Source of the DNA: Cetorhinus maximus
Taxonomy: Eukaryota
Length of the DNA stretch: 64,000 nt
Direction: 5' to 3'
Assembly: GCF_964194155.1 (NCBI RefSeq)
Contig: NC_135884.1
Coordinates: 143,592,001 to 143,656,000 of the forward strand
Shown: positions 24,097-37,994 of the stretch, piece by piece
Position numbering within the stretch: the stretch's first letter is position 1
How the letters are laid out: every line of letters begins with the position of its first letter
Position numbers and translations under genes: made by a program
The notes under the pieces: generated by a model
Databases searched by the model: none
Seen by the model: only the letters and a program-made list of their open reading frames with translations
Told to the model about the DNA's origin: nothing

Positions 24097-25780
24097 TTAT
24101 AAGATCATAAGAAATAGGAGCAGGAGTAGGCCATTCAGCCCCTTGAGATTGCTCCGCTGTTCAATAAGTTCGTGACTGATCTGATTGTGGCCTTACCGCC
24201 ACTTTCCTGCCTGCCCCCCATAATCCTTGACTCCCTTGTCAATCAAAAATCTGCTCAACCCTGCCTTGAATGTATCCGATGACCCAGCCTCCACTGCCCT
24301 CTGGGGAAGAGAATTCCAAAAACTAACGACCCTCTGAGAGAAGAAATTCCTCCTCATCTTTGTCTTAAATGGAAGACCCCTTATTTCTAATCAGTGCCCC
24401 CTAGTTCTTGATTGACCCACAAGGGGAAACATCCTCTTAAGCCCCCTCAGGACCTTATATGTTTCAGTAAGATTACATCTCATTCTTCTAAACTCCAGTG
24501 AATGTCAGCTCAACCTTTCCTCATATGACAACTGCTTCATCCAAGGAATTAGCCTAGTGAACCTTCTCTGAACTGCTTCCAAGGCAAGTATACCCCTCTT
24601 TAAGTAAGGAGACCAAAACTGTACACAATATTTTAGGTGTGGTCTCACCAATGTCCATATACAGTTCTAGCAAGAGGTGTCAGCTGTGGCTCAGTTCATA
24701 GTACCCTCACCTTTGAGTCAGAAGGTTGTGGGTTCATGTCCCACTCCCGAAAAAAAAAGTCAAGAACTGTGAATGTACTCGAAAGAGTTACAGTTGTAGC
24801 AAAACTTCCCTACTTTTATACTCAATTCTCCTTGCAACAAAGGCCAACATTCCATTTGCCTACCAAATTACTTGTCATTCCTACATGCTAACGTTTTGTG
24901 AGTCATGTACAAGGGCACCCAGATAGATCCCGCTGCACTGCAGCATTCTTCAGTCTCTCTCCATTTAAATAATATTCTGCTTTCCTATTCTTCCTGCTAA
25001 AGTGGACAACCTCACATTTTCCCACTTTATACTCCGTCTGCCAATTTTTTGTTCACTCACTCGACTTATCTATATCCCTCTGCAGACTGCATCCTCCTCA
25101 CAGCTTGCTTTCCTACCTATCTTTGTATCATCAGCAAATTTGGCTATAATACGGTCGTCCAAGTCATTAATAAAGATCGTAAATAGTTGAGGTCACAGCA
25201 CTTACTCCCTGTGGCGCTCCACTAATTATGGTTTGCCAACCTAAAAATGATCCATTTATCCTGACTGTTTCCTGTTCATTAGCCTTTCCTCTATCCATGC
25301 TCATATATTAACCCAAAGAATGCTTATCTTGTGTGGTAACCTTTTATGTGCACCTTATTGAATGCTTTTTTGAAAATCCAAGTGGACTACATCTACTGGT
25401 ACCCTTTATCTACCTGGCCTGTTGCATCCTCATAAATTTGTCAAATCTGATTTCCCTTTTACAAAACCATGTTGACTCTACCTAATTGTGTAGTGATTTT
25501 CTAAATGTCCTGCTACTCCCTCCTTAATAATGATTCTAGCATTTTCCCAGTAACAGAAATTAAACTAACTGGCCTTTAGCTTCCTGCCTTCTGCCTCCCA
25601 CTTTTCTTAAATAGTGGTGTAACAGTTTTCCAATTCACTGGGACCTTGCCAGAATCTCAGGAATTTTGGAAGATTACAGCCAATGCATTCACTATCTCTG
25701 CAGCCACTTCTTTTAAGACCTTAGGATGCAGGCTATTGGGTCCAGGGGACTTGTCAGCCTTTAGTCCCATTAGTTTTCTT
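24097..25780 (-). mobile_element. CR1 LINE, 5'-truncated and decayed
   Basis: 3' end GGGGCTGAATGGCCTACTCCTGCTCCTATTTCTTATG; KFADDTKIG and GKLKAS.F RT-region remnants. Confidence 0.88.
24674..24788 (+). mobile_element. Short tRNA-like SINE head inserted in the CR1
   Basis: TGGCTCAGTT A-box, GGTTCATGTCC B-box and an A9 run; 14-bp TSD TACAGTT(C/G)TAGCAA (24660-24673 / 24789-24802). Confidence 0.75.
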
Positions 25781-26929
25781 CTCAATAAGACAACAATCCT
25801 GTGCTCTGAAAGCTTTTGAGACTGCTGCTCTAACTTGGTGAATAACCTCTTTTGCTATGTTTTATCACAGAGAGGTGCCGCCAATAACAAGTGCAAAGTT
25901 TTATTGATAAATGACCATGAGTTTCTTCAATCTCCATGTATAAATAATGCCCATTTGCCTTTGCAGACTTGTTTCTTGCTCTATACATGCAGGGTTAATA
26001 ACCTTAACATGAGGATCATTATAGTTGCTTTTTATTGATGAATTTGAAAATAATTTGGGGTTATGGGGCCTTTTTTTTAATGTCAAAAGTGGAGGTGGTA
26101 AATTTTATACCTCACTGCATGTTCAAAGGAAATTATTAAAAGTCATTTTATTTAGGGCATTGCTGTATTGATGAATGCAATGAAGACCAATTGTATAATG
26201 CACACTTAAGCTAAATGATAATCCACAATTATTTACACAGTTCGAAACAACACTTTTGGCTTTAGTGGGAGCTCCAAAAGTTCTGGCAAGCCTAAGCCCA
26301 TAAGGGAGAGAAATTTGTTTTTGATGCTATGCAGACTTGCACAGAATCCCTCAGAGCAGGCAGTGCTGCAGGCTGCTATATACATGGCCCATTCAGCTTT
26401 CTTCATTGAAGCAGTGCTACGCAACTGAATTTCTTCTCCTAAATGTTTGTGCAATTCATTTTCCAAAACTCAGTTGGCATTATATCCTCATTTGAAGGAG
26501 GGTAGGCCAGGATGTGTGAATTTCATTTTGTTGTTTTGCTTTCTCTGCAGTAGAGGGGGAAATCTAGGAAAATACTTGTTTAACCTTGCGGATAAGGCAG
26601 TACTTTCCTGATGGTGACCAATCAGCTGAATCACTGTTGAATCCCTTGAGAGATACATTCTTATCCACAGTCCTATTCCATCTTTTTGGCACTTGCTGAG
26701 ACAAAGACTAGAACTCATTATCCTCATCGATGCAGACAACACTGATAGGGAAGTAATTTTTCATTTATGCACTTTTGGTCTTGGGGGAGTGGAAAAAGAC
26801 ATGAGAAATATAAAAATATATATATTTATGTATATATGCATACATTTATGTAAATGTATATGTGTATATTGCCATTCACTATTTCAAGGTATTCCAAACT
26901 GCTTCACAGCCAATTACATACTCCTGAAG

Positions 26930-27812
26930 TGCCTCTCTCTGTGTTCAGGTTCCATGCCCTAAGATGGCGTTGCTGATCATGGACCTCCATGTTCCTCTTG
27001 CTCTAGGGGTGTGGATCATCATCTTTGGTAGTACATTCATCCGGTTTGTGAGGCTGTTTAAAAATCTCTCTTCTGTTTATTCCGATCTCTTTTACCATCA
27101 ATCTTTCACATCAGTAACAGACTTTCGAAATCACAATTTCTTATGTCATGCCCAAGAAATTCCAACTGTCTCTTCCTGATCTTGGTCAGCAGAGTTCTTC
27201 TGGTCTCAGATAATACTAGCTTCTCTTCATTGGTAGTGTGACTTGTCCAAGATATCTTCATTATTCACTTCAAAAACCACAACTCTGCAGCCTCAATTCT
27301 TCTCCTTGCTACACTGATCGTCCAACCTATGTCAAAATTGGTGTGAAGGTTTCTCAGCTTTGTTTTCATGGCTAATTTTGAGTTGAGCATAATCTTTTTC
27401 ATTTCTTGTAATACATCTTTAGGCATTTCAATCCTTTCTTGGTCAATTTCTTGGTCGCACTTTCCACCCTATGTTAACATACATACAAAATTTGTCTACC
27501 TGTGCGATCTTTTCATTCTTCACTGTGAACTTACATTCTGATATGGTTTTATTTTGGACACTATGAGACATTGTTTTCTTACAATTTATGCTAACCCCTT
27601 TCTTCTCACTTTCACTTGCTACTCTGTCCAAAACCTTTTTCAGTTTCCCTTCAGAGTTGGCAATAAGAATGGTGTCATCGGCATATTTTACATGATTAAA
27701 GTTGTAACCTCCAACTAATAATCCAGGAAGGTTTTCAATCTCTCTGGGACTATTTTCACTTAACAAGCTGAATAAATCTAGGGATAGAAAACACCCCTGT
27801 CTGACCCCTCTT
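26930..27812 (-). mobile_element. RTE-clade LINE 3' remnant
   Basis: GVRQGCFLSLDLFSLLSE, GGYNFNHVKYADDTILIANSE and INCKKT motifs. Confidence 0.8.
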
Positions 27813-27814
27813 AA

Positions 27815-27945
27815 GGAAAGCTCCTTGCTTTTTTTTGCAATAGTGCCATTGGGCCTGAGAGGCAGACAGGCTCTTGGTTTAATGTCTCACTCAAAAGATA
27901 GCACCTTCAGTCATGCAGCACTCCTTCAGTAAGACTCTGAGGTGG
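27815..27945 (-). mobile_element. DeuSINE core fragment
   Basis: Minus strand AGGAGTGCTGCATGACTGAAGGTGCTATCTTTTGAGTGAGACATTAAACCAAGAGCCTGTCTGCCTCTCAGG (Deu-domain-like). Confidence 0.7.
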
Positions 27946-29629
27946 CTACCTAATTTGCCCAACTTTTCGAGTATTCAGTTTTGTTTTCAAAGAAGGGACA
28001 TTTTTGCAGCCAAACTTTGATCGATGACAGATGGTATCCCAAGTGGATCTTTTAATAAATAAAATGTGTTTCTCATTTGATCTGCATGTGTTGCCCTGCA
28101 CCAACAATTAATGATGAATTGCTCCACAGCAGTAAAGTAAGAGACTGCTTTTTTTTAAAAGCTTCTGTAACTTTAAATTTAATATCCATCAATGGAAAAT
28201 TGCACAATCAGTCTTCCAGATGTCTGGAAAAATGCACAAATTGAAAACTGACAATGTATTTAGAATTCATGGAGGCTAAAACCAGTATAACCTGCAGTTT
28301 CCCAATGTAAGTGCATGGTGGTGAGGTACATTGTGTAAAATTAAAATGACACTTTAACACATAATCTTTCCCCCGACCGCCCCACAAAGGATTGTGGTAA
28401 ATTAGAGGACAGCTCAAGTTGCTGTGGAGCGACCCCACAATGAGCATCTGGAATCAACATGAGACATTATGAATAGGCTAAACTAAATCAAACTTGAGGA
28501 GGTGTAGGATATATCCCCATTATGCTCAGCCATGTTGAAGATCTAAAGAACTGAAAGGGAGAAACATAACTTCTCCAAAGTGACTTACTGTTTGTTTCCC
28601 TCTATTCATTCACTCTCTAGATGTTAATGGAGCAACTGGTACTGGTATTTCTTTGCTGCGCTCAATGTTTTACTTGCTGCTTTGCTGTAATCAAGTTATG
28701 CTGCAAATATTACTCTCAGGGGTTCTGCATGTCTTCTTAGCCATTTAGTTAATTCAACTGCTATCTAAACTTCCCTATCATGTTCTCATATATAAATAGG
28801 ACAGTTTAAAATTAATCCATCAGCTAAAGAAAAGTTCTTGCCACAATAGTTCATGGTTGCAAAGTCGTGGCCCGAATCTTCTGTAAAGGGTTAGAACCCC
28901 TATTTCCCCTGCCAACCCCGAACAGACCAAAAAAAAAATCCGCTTGCATTCCTCCCATTTTTCTGGGCAATTTAAAGCCACGGCCCCTTTTGGCATCAGT
29001 AGCTGCTATATTCTGATAAGTAAAGGGTTTAAATATCCCAAAGCTGGTTTTAAAAGCTACAGAGAGAAGGTAAGGGGTAGAGTGGTTAAGGTAAGTGGGT
29101 AAGGAGGTAGGGTGGCTAAGGGAGGTGCAGTGCGCTTTAGCTCAGCAGGTCAGTGACAGGGACAGCAACTCCAGCGACTGCTGCTGCCCTCTACAGCCAC
29201 ATACGGTCGGATGGAATAGAGGAGATGGACACAGGCTGCATCTTGGAAGGATGAGATGCCCTCAGCATAGGGTCAGATTCCTTGACTTCTCTAAATAGCA
29301 GTTCTTCTGAAGGCTCTGGCTTTTATGCCAGATGGTCTGCAGCCACTTGGAAGCAGACCTCAGCCCAAAAGGAACACTGGCCATTCATGACCCGTGATTG
29401 TCAAGGTGACCACAACCCTCAATTTCTTCGTGTCCAGGTCACTGATGCTTTAGCTGTGAGGGCTTCCAAACTGCATCAACTTTGAAACAGATCAGGCTAG
29501 TCAAATCCAGAAGGCTATCAGTTCCGCTTCTCTTGCGGGATTTTTACAGATCCAGGGGGTTGTAGACTACCCATATTGCAGTCATGGTGTCATCAAAATA
29601 GTTAGGCATCAATCAGAAGGGATTACAAT

Positions 29630-30455
29630 TGTTGTGGTAAAAACGACCACTCTCGAACCTGAGAGATTCAAGCAAGCAAAGATTTATTTCAGCACTTGCT
29701 GGGAGAGAGAACCTCAGCCAGCCCAAGGAATCTCTCTCAAAGCTACAGGGTTTACAGCACATATTTAGTGTCCTTATCTTCCTACTTTTCATTACAATGT
29801 TTCTCATTAATTTCTTAACTAACCATGCTATTCCATCAGCAAATATTCCAATTATCTCAACCCTCAGCCTTAGGTATGGCCTTCAGTTCCCCCTTATCTC
29901 CTTCTTCTGTATAACAATGAATATTCTGTTTATACAGGCTGTTAAGGGAGTAATTGCTAGCTACTAACCAAATCCCAATAGTCACTTTGGTCAAGTACCC
30001 CATCATGCCTATGCATTTTAATATTAACCCTACTAGTATAAGCCCCCTGGTTCCCACCATGCACTTTTAATGTGTAGCTGTTTTGTAATCAGTGCAAGAG
30101 GATAATACACATATAACCACATGCATCATATAACCAGGGAGCTGCCATGAAGCATTCACCCTTTGGCTATCTCAGGATCAGTAGCTCCTTTCTCCATCAG
30201 ACAGCCTCAGCATTTGGCTCCTGGGAGATGAGGGATACCCACTCCAGACCTGGCTGATGACCCTAGTGAGATACCCCACCAGAAAGGCAATGGAGAAGTA
30301 CAACTGGAGCTATATTACCATTGGGGCCACAATAGAGCTTGGCCGTTGGCTTGTTTAAAATGAGGCTCTGTTGCTTTGACTGAGCAGGAGGCACCCTGCA
30401 ATACACCCAGCAGGGGCCTCCAAGATCATAGTGGTGTGCTGTGCCCTGCATGACA
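29630..30455 (-). mobile_element. Possible solo LTR
   Basis: TG..CA-type termini and an AATAAA near the 3' end on the minus strand; no coding signal. Confidence 0.3.
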
Positions 30456-30471
30456 TTGTCCCAATCACATA

Positions 30472-32300
30472 CGTTAAGCTGAACTGGCCTATAGTTTCCT
30501 GCTTTCTGTCTCCCTCAACATTTTCCAGTCTGACGGGACCATTCTAGAATCTAGGGAATTTTGGAAAATGAAAACCAATGCATCTACTATCTCAGCAGCC
30601 GCTTCTTTTAAGACCCTAGGATGAAGTCCTAGGATGAGGTCCATCAGGGCCTAGGGACTTGTTGGCTTTTAGTCCTAATAATTTTCCCATCAATTGCAAT
30701 TGTTTTAGGTTCCTCCCTCCCTTTCACCTCTTGATTTACAGTCATTTCTGGGGTGTTATTTGTGTCTTCTACAGTGAATATGGGCACAAAATATCTGTTC
30801 AATTCATCTGACATTTCCTTATTTTCCGAATATTAATTCCCCAGACTTACTCTCTAGAGGACCAATGCCCACTCTTGCTACTCTTTTCCTTTTTAAATAT
30901 ATGTAGAAACTCTTACTTTCTGTTTTTACATTTCTAGTGAGCTTTCTCTCATAAACTAACTTTCCCTCTTTTTTTTAAGTCATTGTTTGCTGGTTTTTAT
31001 ATTCTGTCCAACCTTCTGACCTGCCACTAATTTTGAGGAATTGTATGCTTTTTCTTTCAATTTGATGCTATCTTTAACATCCTTAGTTAGCCACAAATGA
31101 TTCATCCTTTAAAGAGTCTTTCTCTTTGACTGGAATGTATCTTTGCTCAGTGTTATGAAATATCTCCTTAAATGTTATCCACTGCATCTCTACTGGCCTA
31201 CCTCTTAACCTAATTTCCCAATCCAGTTTAGGCAGCTCTGTCCTCATACCCTTACAATTGCTTTCATTTTAGTTTAAAACAGTAGTCTTAGACCCACTCT
31301 TCTCTGCCTCAAACTGAATGCGAAACTCAATAATGTTATGATCACAGCTGCCTATTATCTCCTTTACTATGAGGTCATTAATTAACACTGTCTCATTGCA
31401 CATTACCAGGTCAAGAGTAATCTGCTCTCTGGTTGTGAAAGTGCTGCTCTAAGAAACTGTCCTGAAAACACTGTATGAACTCATCCTCCAGGCTACCTTT
31501 GCCAACCTGATTCATCCAATCTACATGTAGATTAAAATCACCCATGATTATCGCCATGCCTTTCTCACAAGCCTCCATTATTTCTTCATGTATACTCCAT
31601 ACTCAGGGGACCTAGAAACTACTTCAACAAGTGACTTCTTACCGTTGCTATTTCTTACCTCTATCCAAACTAATTCTACATCTTGATCTTTAGAACTAAG
31701 GTCATCTCTCGCCATTGTACTAATGTCATCCTTAATTAACAGAGCTACCCCACCCCATTTTCCTAGCTTTCTCTCCTTCTGGAATGTGATGTGCCCTTCG
31801 ATATTCTGGTTTTAGCCTTGTTCATCTTGCAGCCATGTCTATGTAATGGCTATCAGATCATACATGTTTATTTCTGTATGAACTGACAATTCATCCATTT
31901 TATCACGATGTACCCTTCAATATTCTGGTTTCAGCCTTGGTCATCTTGCAGCCATGTCTCTGTAATGGCTATCAGATCATACATGTTTATTTCTGTATGA
32001 ACTGACAATTCATCCATTTTGTCATGAATGCTATGCACATTCAGACACAGAACCTTTAACTCTCTTTTTACTATATTTGCAACCTCTGGCCTTATCTGCT
32101 GGCGCATTGTTAAGTTGTATGCTCTGTTCCTTCCTGCCGTGTTCTGATTAATTAGCATTACCCTTATTGCTACCTTATTCTCTAGCCTTGCCCTCTCCCT
32201 TTAAGTTATCACATTTTCCCTCACTTGATCCTCACCCCCACCATTTAGATTAAAGCTCCTCTATACTGCCCTAGTTATACAATGCATCACTTTCCCTGCC
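30472..32300 (-). mobile_element. CR1 LINE fragment (endonuclease region to start of RT)
   Basis: LKVLCLNVHSIHDKMDEL...YDLIAITETWLQ APE endonuclease N-terminus; GDFNLHVDW. Confidence 0.85.
31788..32025 (+). repeat. 119-bp tandem duplication inside the CR1 endonuclease region
   Basis: 31788-31906 is repeated at 31907-32025 with few mismatches. Confidence 0.9.
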
Positions 32301-32817
32301 ATCATTATTGTATTTTAATTAAAATTTAATTAATAAAATAATTAGTTAATGTCCGTGGTCCTGCCTGTGCTTATATTCTTATTATTTCAATTAATGTTCG
32401 ACTTGCTGTCATGAACACTTAATCACAGAAAATCGTTCATCTCCAAGGACTGAGGACATTCTGGAAGAATTTGTGTTTGAAAAGACGCTGTCCCTTAAAG
32501 AGTTAATGGAAAACTCTGATGCTCCTGCAAAAAGCATCTTTTTGCAAGAAAGGGTAATTGAGCAATTGAAAAAATAACTGTCAACCTCTTGACCCGGGTG
32601 AACTGTGTACAAAGGGGTCACGTGGGTTTTATGGCTTTGGAAAAAAAAACATGCCTGGAAGACTGTTTTAAAAGTGGGTTTGGTTTTGCTTTGAGAAGAG
32701 AAGGACCAACTGCTTGAGAAGGAGGACAGCAGCCTTTTGCAGTCAGAGTCAGTCCACAGCTGGAAGTGAATGTAAGCTGCTCCTGTGATGCTCTACATGC
32801 TAGAATAGAGTACCCTC

Positions 32818-35800
32818 GCGTATTCCTGTCTACCCTATCTATGCCCCTCATAATTTTATATACCTCAATCATGTCCCCCCTCAATCTCCTCTGCCCCAGG
32901 GAAAATAACCCCAGTCTATCCAATTTCTCCTCATAACTAAAACCCTCCAGTCCAGGCAACATTCTGGTAAATCTCCTCTGCACCCTCTCGAGTGCAACCA
33001 CATCCTTCCTATAATGCAGATTCCAGAACTGTACACAATACTCTAGCTGTGGCCTAACCAGCATTTTATACAGTTCCAGCATAACCTCCCTGCTCTTATA
33101 TTCTATGCCTTGGCTAATAAAAGCAAGTGTCCCATATGCCTTCTTACCCACCTTATCGACCTGTCCCGCTACCTTAAGGGACTGGTGGATGTGCACACCA
33201 AGGTCCCTCTGATCCTGGTACTTCCCAGGGTTCTACCATTCATCGTGCCTTGTTTGTCCTATCCAAGAGCATCACCTCAGACTTATCCAGATTAAATTCC
33301 ATTTGCCACTGATCAGTCCATCTGACCAGCCCGTCTATATCCTCCTGTAATCTCAGGCTATCCTCCTCACTATTTACCACCCCACCAATTTTCGTGTCAT
33401 CCGCGAACTTACTGATCAGCCCTCCTACATTCAAGTCTGAATCGTTTATATATACCACAAACAGCAAGGGACCCAATACCGATCCCTGTGGAACCCCACT
33501 GGACACAGGCATCCAGTCACAAAAACACCCCTCGACCATCACCCTCTGCTTCCTGCCACTCAGCCAACTCTGGATCCAATTTGCCAAATTACCTTGGATC
33601 CCATGGGCTCTTACCTTCGTTATCATCCTTCCATGCGGGACCTTATCAAAAGCTTTGCTGAAGTTCAAGTAGACTATACCAAAAGCATTGCCCTCATCTA
33701 CAGACCTGGTCACCTCTTCGAAAAATTCAATCAAATTGGTCAGACATGACTTCCCCTTAATAAAACCATGCTGACTGTCCTTGATTAATCCCAGGCTCTC
33801 CAAATGTAGATTATTTCTGTCCCTCAGAATTGCTTCCAATAGTTTCCCCACCAAGGAGGTTAGACTGACTGGTCTGTAGTTCCCTGGTTTATCCCTTCCT
33901 CCCTTCTTGAATAACGGTACCACATTGGCTGTCCTCCAGTCCTTTGGCACCTCTCCTGTGGCTAGAGAGGTATTGAAAATTATTGCCAGCGCCCTGCTAT
34001 CTCCTCCCTTGCCTCACTCAACAGCCTGGGATACATTTCATCCGGGCCTGGAGATTTATCTACTTTAAGCCTGTCAGACCACTTAGAACCTCCTCTCTTT
34101 CTATGCTAATTTCTTTAATTATATCACAGTCCTTTTGCCTGATTTCCATACCCACGTCGTGCCTCTCACTTGTGAACACTGAAACAAAGTATTTATTTAG
34201 AACCCTACCTACGTCTTCCGCCTCCACACACAAATTACCACTATGGTCCTTAATGGGCCCTACTCTTTCCCTAGTTATCACAGAATCACAGTGCAGAAGA
34301 GGCCCTTCAGCCCATCGAGTTTGCACCGACACGTGAGAAACACCTGACCTACCTACCTAATCTCATTTACTAACACTTGGCCCATAGCCTTGAATGTTAT
34401 GACGTGCCAAGTGCTCATCCAGGTACTTTTTAAAGGTTGTGAGGCAACCCGCCTCCACCACCCTCCCAGGCAGTGCATTTCAGACCGTCACCACCTCTGG
34501 GTAAAAAAGCTTTTCCTCATATCCCCCCAAAACCTCCTGCCCCTCACCTTGAACCTATGCCCCCTTGTGACTGACTCTTCAACTAAGGAGAACAGCTGCT
34601 CCCTATCCACCCTGTTCATGCCCCTCATAATCTTGTACACCTCGATCAGGTCGCCCCTCAGTCTTCTCTGCTCCAATGAAAACAGCCCAAGTCTATCCAA
34701 CCTCCCTTCATAACTTAAATGTTTCATCCCAGGCAACATCCTGGTGAATCTCCTCTGCACCCCTTCCAGTGCAATCACATCCTTCCTATAATGTGGCGAC
34801 CAGAACTGCACACAGTACTCCAGCTGTGGTCTCACCAACGTTCTATACAACTCCAACATGACCTCCCTACTTTTGTAATCTATACCTCGATTGATAAAGG
34901 CAAGTATCCCATATGCCTTTTTCACCACCCCACTAATGTGCCCCTCCGCCATCAGAGATCTATGGACACACACGCCAAGGTCCCCTTGTTCCTCAGAACT
35001 TCCTAGTGTCATGCCGTTCATTGAATACTTCCTTGTCAAATTATTCCTTCCAAAGTGTATCACCTCACACTTTTCAGGGTTAAATTCCATCTGCCACTTA
35101 TCTGCCCTTGTGACCATTCCGCCTATATCTTCCTGTAGCCCAAGACACTCAACCTCACTGTTAACCACTCAGCCAATCTTTGTATCATCTGCAAATTTAC
35201 AAATCCTACCCCCCGCATAGTCATCTATATCGTTTATATAAATGACAAGTAATAGGGGACCGAGCACAGATCCCTGTGGTACGCCACTGAACTCTGGCTT
35301 CCAGTCACTAAAGCATCCTTCTGTCATCACCTCTGCTTCCTACAACTAAGCCAATTTTGAATCCACCTTATCAAATTACCATGTATACCATGTGCATTTG
35401 CCTTCTTTATAAGTCTCCTATGTAGGACCTTGTCAAAGGCTTTGCTGAAATCCATATAAACTACTTCAACTGTACTACCCTCATCTACACACCTGGTCAC
35501 CTCCTCAAAAAATTCAATAAAATCCTCTTACTCTTAATGTACTTGTAAAATAATTTTGGATTTTCCTTTATTTTACCAACCAATGTTTTTTCATGCCCCA
35601 TTTTTGCTCTCCTAATTTCCTTTTTAAGTCCCCCCCCTACACATTCTATACTCCTCTAGGGCTTCTGCTGTTTTGAGCCCTCAGTATCTGCCATAAGCCT
35701 CCTTTTTTCTCTCTATCCAATCCTGTATATCCCTTGACATCCAGGTTTCCTTGGATTTGTTGGTCCCACCCTTTGTCTTTACTGGAATATGTTTGCCCTG

Positions 35801-36825
35801 TACTCTCCATATTTCCTTCTTGAATGAGTCCCACTGCTCTGACGCAGATTTACTTAAAAGTAGCTGCTCCCAGTCCACTGAGGCCAAATCACATCTGACC
35901 TTATTAAAATCGGCCTTCCCTCAAATTAGAACTCTGATTTCTGACCCATCCTTGTCCTTTTCCATAACAACCTTGAATCTTACAGAGTTATGATCACTAT
36001 CTGCAAAATGCCCCCCCCCCCCACTGATGCCACAACCACTTGCCCGGCTTCATTCCCTAAAATTAAGTCGAGGACCACCCCCTCCCCTGTAGGACCTTCT
36101 GCGTACTAGCTTAAAAACCTCTCCTGGATGCATTTTAAGAATTCCGCTCCCCCTAAACCTATCACACTATGACTAACCCAGTTAATGTTGGGGAAGTTGA
36201 AATCCCCCACTATTACTACCTTATTATTTTTACATTTCTCTGAAATTTGTCTACATATCTGCTCTTTTATTTCTCTCTGAGTGTGTGGGGGCCTATAGTA
36301 CACTCTCAGCAATGTGATTGCTCCTTTTTTGTTTTTCAGTTCTACCCAAATGGCTTCATTTGAGGAACCTTCTAAGATGCCATCCCTCCTTACTGCTGTA
36401 ATTGATTCCTTGATCAATATTGCAATATCCCCTCCTCTTTTACTTCCTTCCTCGTCACACCTGAAGACCCTATATCCTGGAATATTGAGCTGCCAATCCT
36501 GCCCCTCTTTAAACATGTCTCTGTGACAGCAATGACACCATACTTCCATGTGTTAATTTGTGCCCCCAACTCATCTGCCTTATTCGTCAGACTCCTTGCA
36601 TTAAAATAAATACCATCCAACCTTGACAAACTCCCTCGTGCCTTAACTGGCCTATAATTTCTATGCCTTCCAGACTCACTTGCTCTCTTCTAATTTTGGC
36701 TGTGCATCTCCCCCTGCTGAATGTCCTCTCAGGATCCTATCCCCCTGCCAAGTTAGTTTAAACCCTCCCCAACAGCACTAGCAAACCTCCCCGCAAAGAT
36801 GTTGGTTCCATTTCGGTTCAGGTTT
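32818..36825 (-). mobile_element. Relatively young CR1 LINE (ORF1 end, endonuclease, RT), disrupted
   Basis: ORFs 36106-36629 (IYFNARSL, VYYRPP, GDFNFP), 33240-33950 (NYRPVSLTS, SQHGF, FSKAFDKVPH, GVPQGSVLGP, KFADDTK) and 32618-33196; frameshifts between them. Confidence 0.93.
34279..35522 (-). mobile_element. Second CR1 copy nested in the 32818-36825 CR1
   Basis: Has its own 3' end (GGGCTGAAGGGCCTCTTCTGCACTGTGATTCTGTGAT) and RT C-terminal ORF 34488-35168; the host sequence CCCTAGTTATC|CTCTTACTC resumes at about 35523. Confidence 0.88.
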
Positions 36826-37994
36826 TGGAGCCTGTATGGGCCCTTGTACAGGGCTGACCCACCTGTAATTGTGCAGGGGCAGGCTTGCTCATTGGGCAGG
36901 TCTTTGTTGGGGGCACAGGGTGAAGGCAAGGGCCGTGAAGTGTGGACACCCTGAGAGGAGGTTCCACTGCCATCTGTATTTTCTCTGTCTCCCTTTCACA
37001 ACCATTTGGAATGAGTTGCAGCCAATTATATTTACAAAAGTCAAACAGTCAAATAAAGACATTTATAAAAATTGACATGAAGAATAAACAAAGTACAAGT
37101 TATTTGGGCACAAAACTGTATTTTTAACATTGTTCCATATTTCAAAATAGTGGTTAATTCTTTTGCCAGTGAGTAATCCTGGGTGAGATGAACTAGCCTT
37201 TTTTAAAAAGCTTCCTTTATAACCTTTTCCTTCCAAATCATCAGTGTGTTTGTGAATGCTGATGTAGTTGTGAACTGTATGGGGTAAACACTTCTTGTTT
37301 CTCTTCTATCCCTTTTCTCTTTCTGTGCGCTGTATGGAGAATTGCTTGCTAAGGACATGTAAAGTAACTAATTGTCTGAAGCTGTGAGATATTTATGTGA
37401 TAAGCTGCCATATAAATGCAGGTATTCTTTATTATTAAAATAGCCAGTTTAGCTCATGCATACATTCCTTGCATGAGCATGACTTCTTATTGTGAATGAG
37501 GGGGGGAAAGCTTTTGTTGTTAACTTCCATTAAAACCAGTGTATAAGTAGTCTTCTACCTTGCAGTAGCCAGGCTAGGGAAAAACATGAAGAATAACTGT
37601 TAACATCTCATGGAGAGGATATAACTTGTACGTAGAAGCATCACTTGTATCTTTGAATGCAAAAATAGGGCTGTATTTAGAGAAGGATAAAGAAGCGATA
37701 TAATAGAAATGGACAAAATTTTAAAAGGCTTTGAGGGGTAAATGAATAGATTATTTTCACTGGTTATTGAATATGCAATGAAGGCATAGAAAAATGGGAA
37801 CATAATAGCATTTTTCAAAAATTATTACAAATTGAAGTGCATTACCACAAGTGCCCATTGAAGCAGGGTAATTTATAATATTTAAGAGGGCATTGGATAA
37901 AAAAGTTGGGAACAATGTTAAAAATACAGGTGCAAAGTAAAACAATGGAATAATAGTAGTTTGGATGCCACTGCAGGCAGGATGGAACACATTA

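Noticed and set aside
32400-32810. Possible exon or retrocopy (EHLITENRSSPRTEDILEEFVFEK...)
   Set aside because: No recognisable homology or convincing splice signals; composition is more like an LTR fragment.
32618-36629. Active CR1 ORF2
   Set aside because: Split by frameshifts and a nested CR1, and the 3' end is lost.
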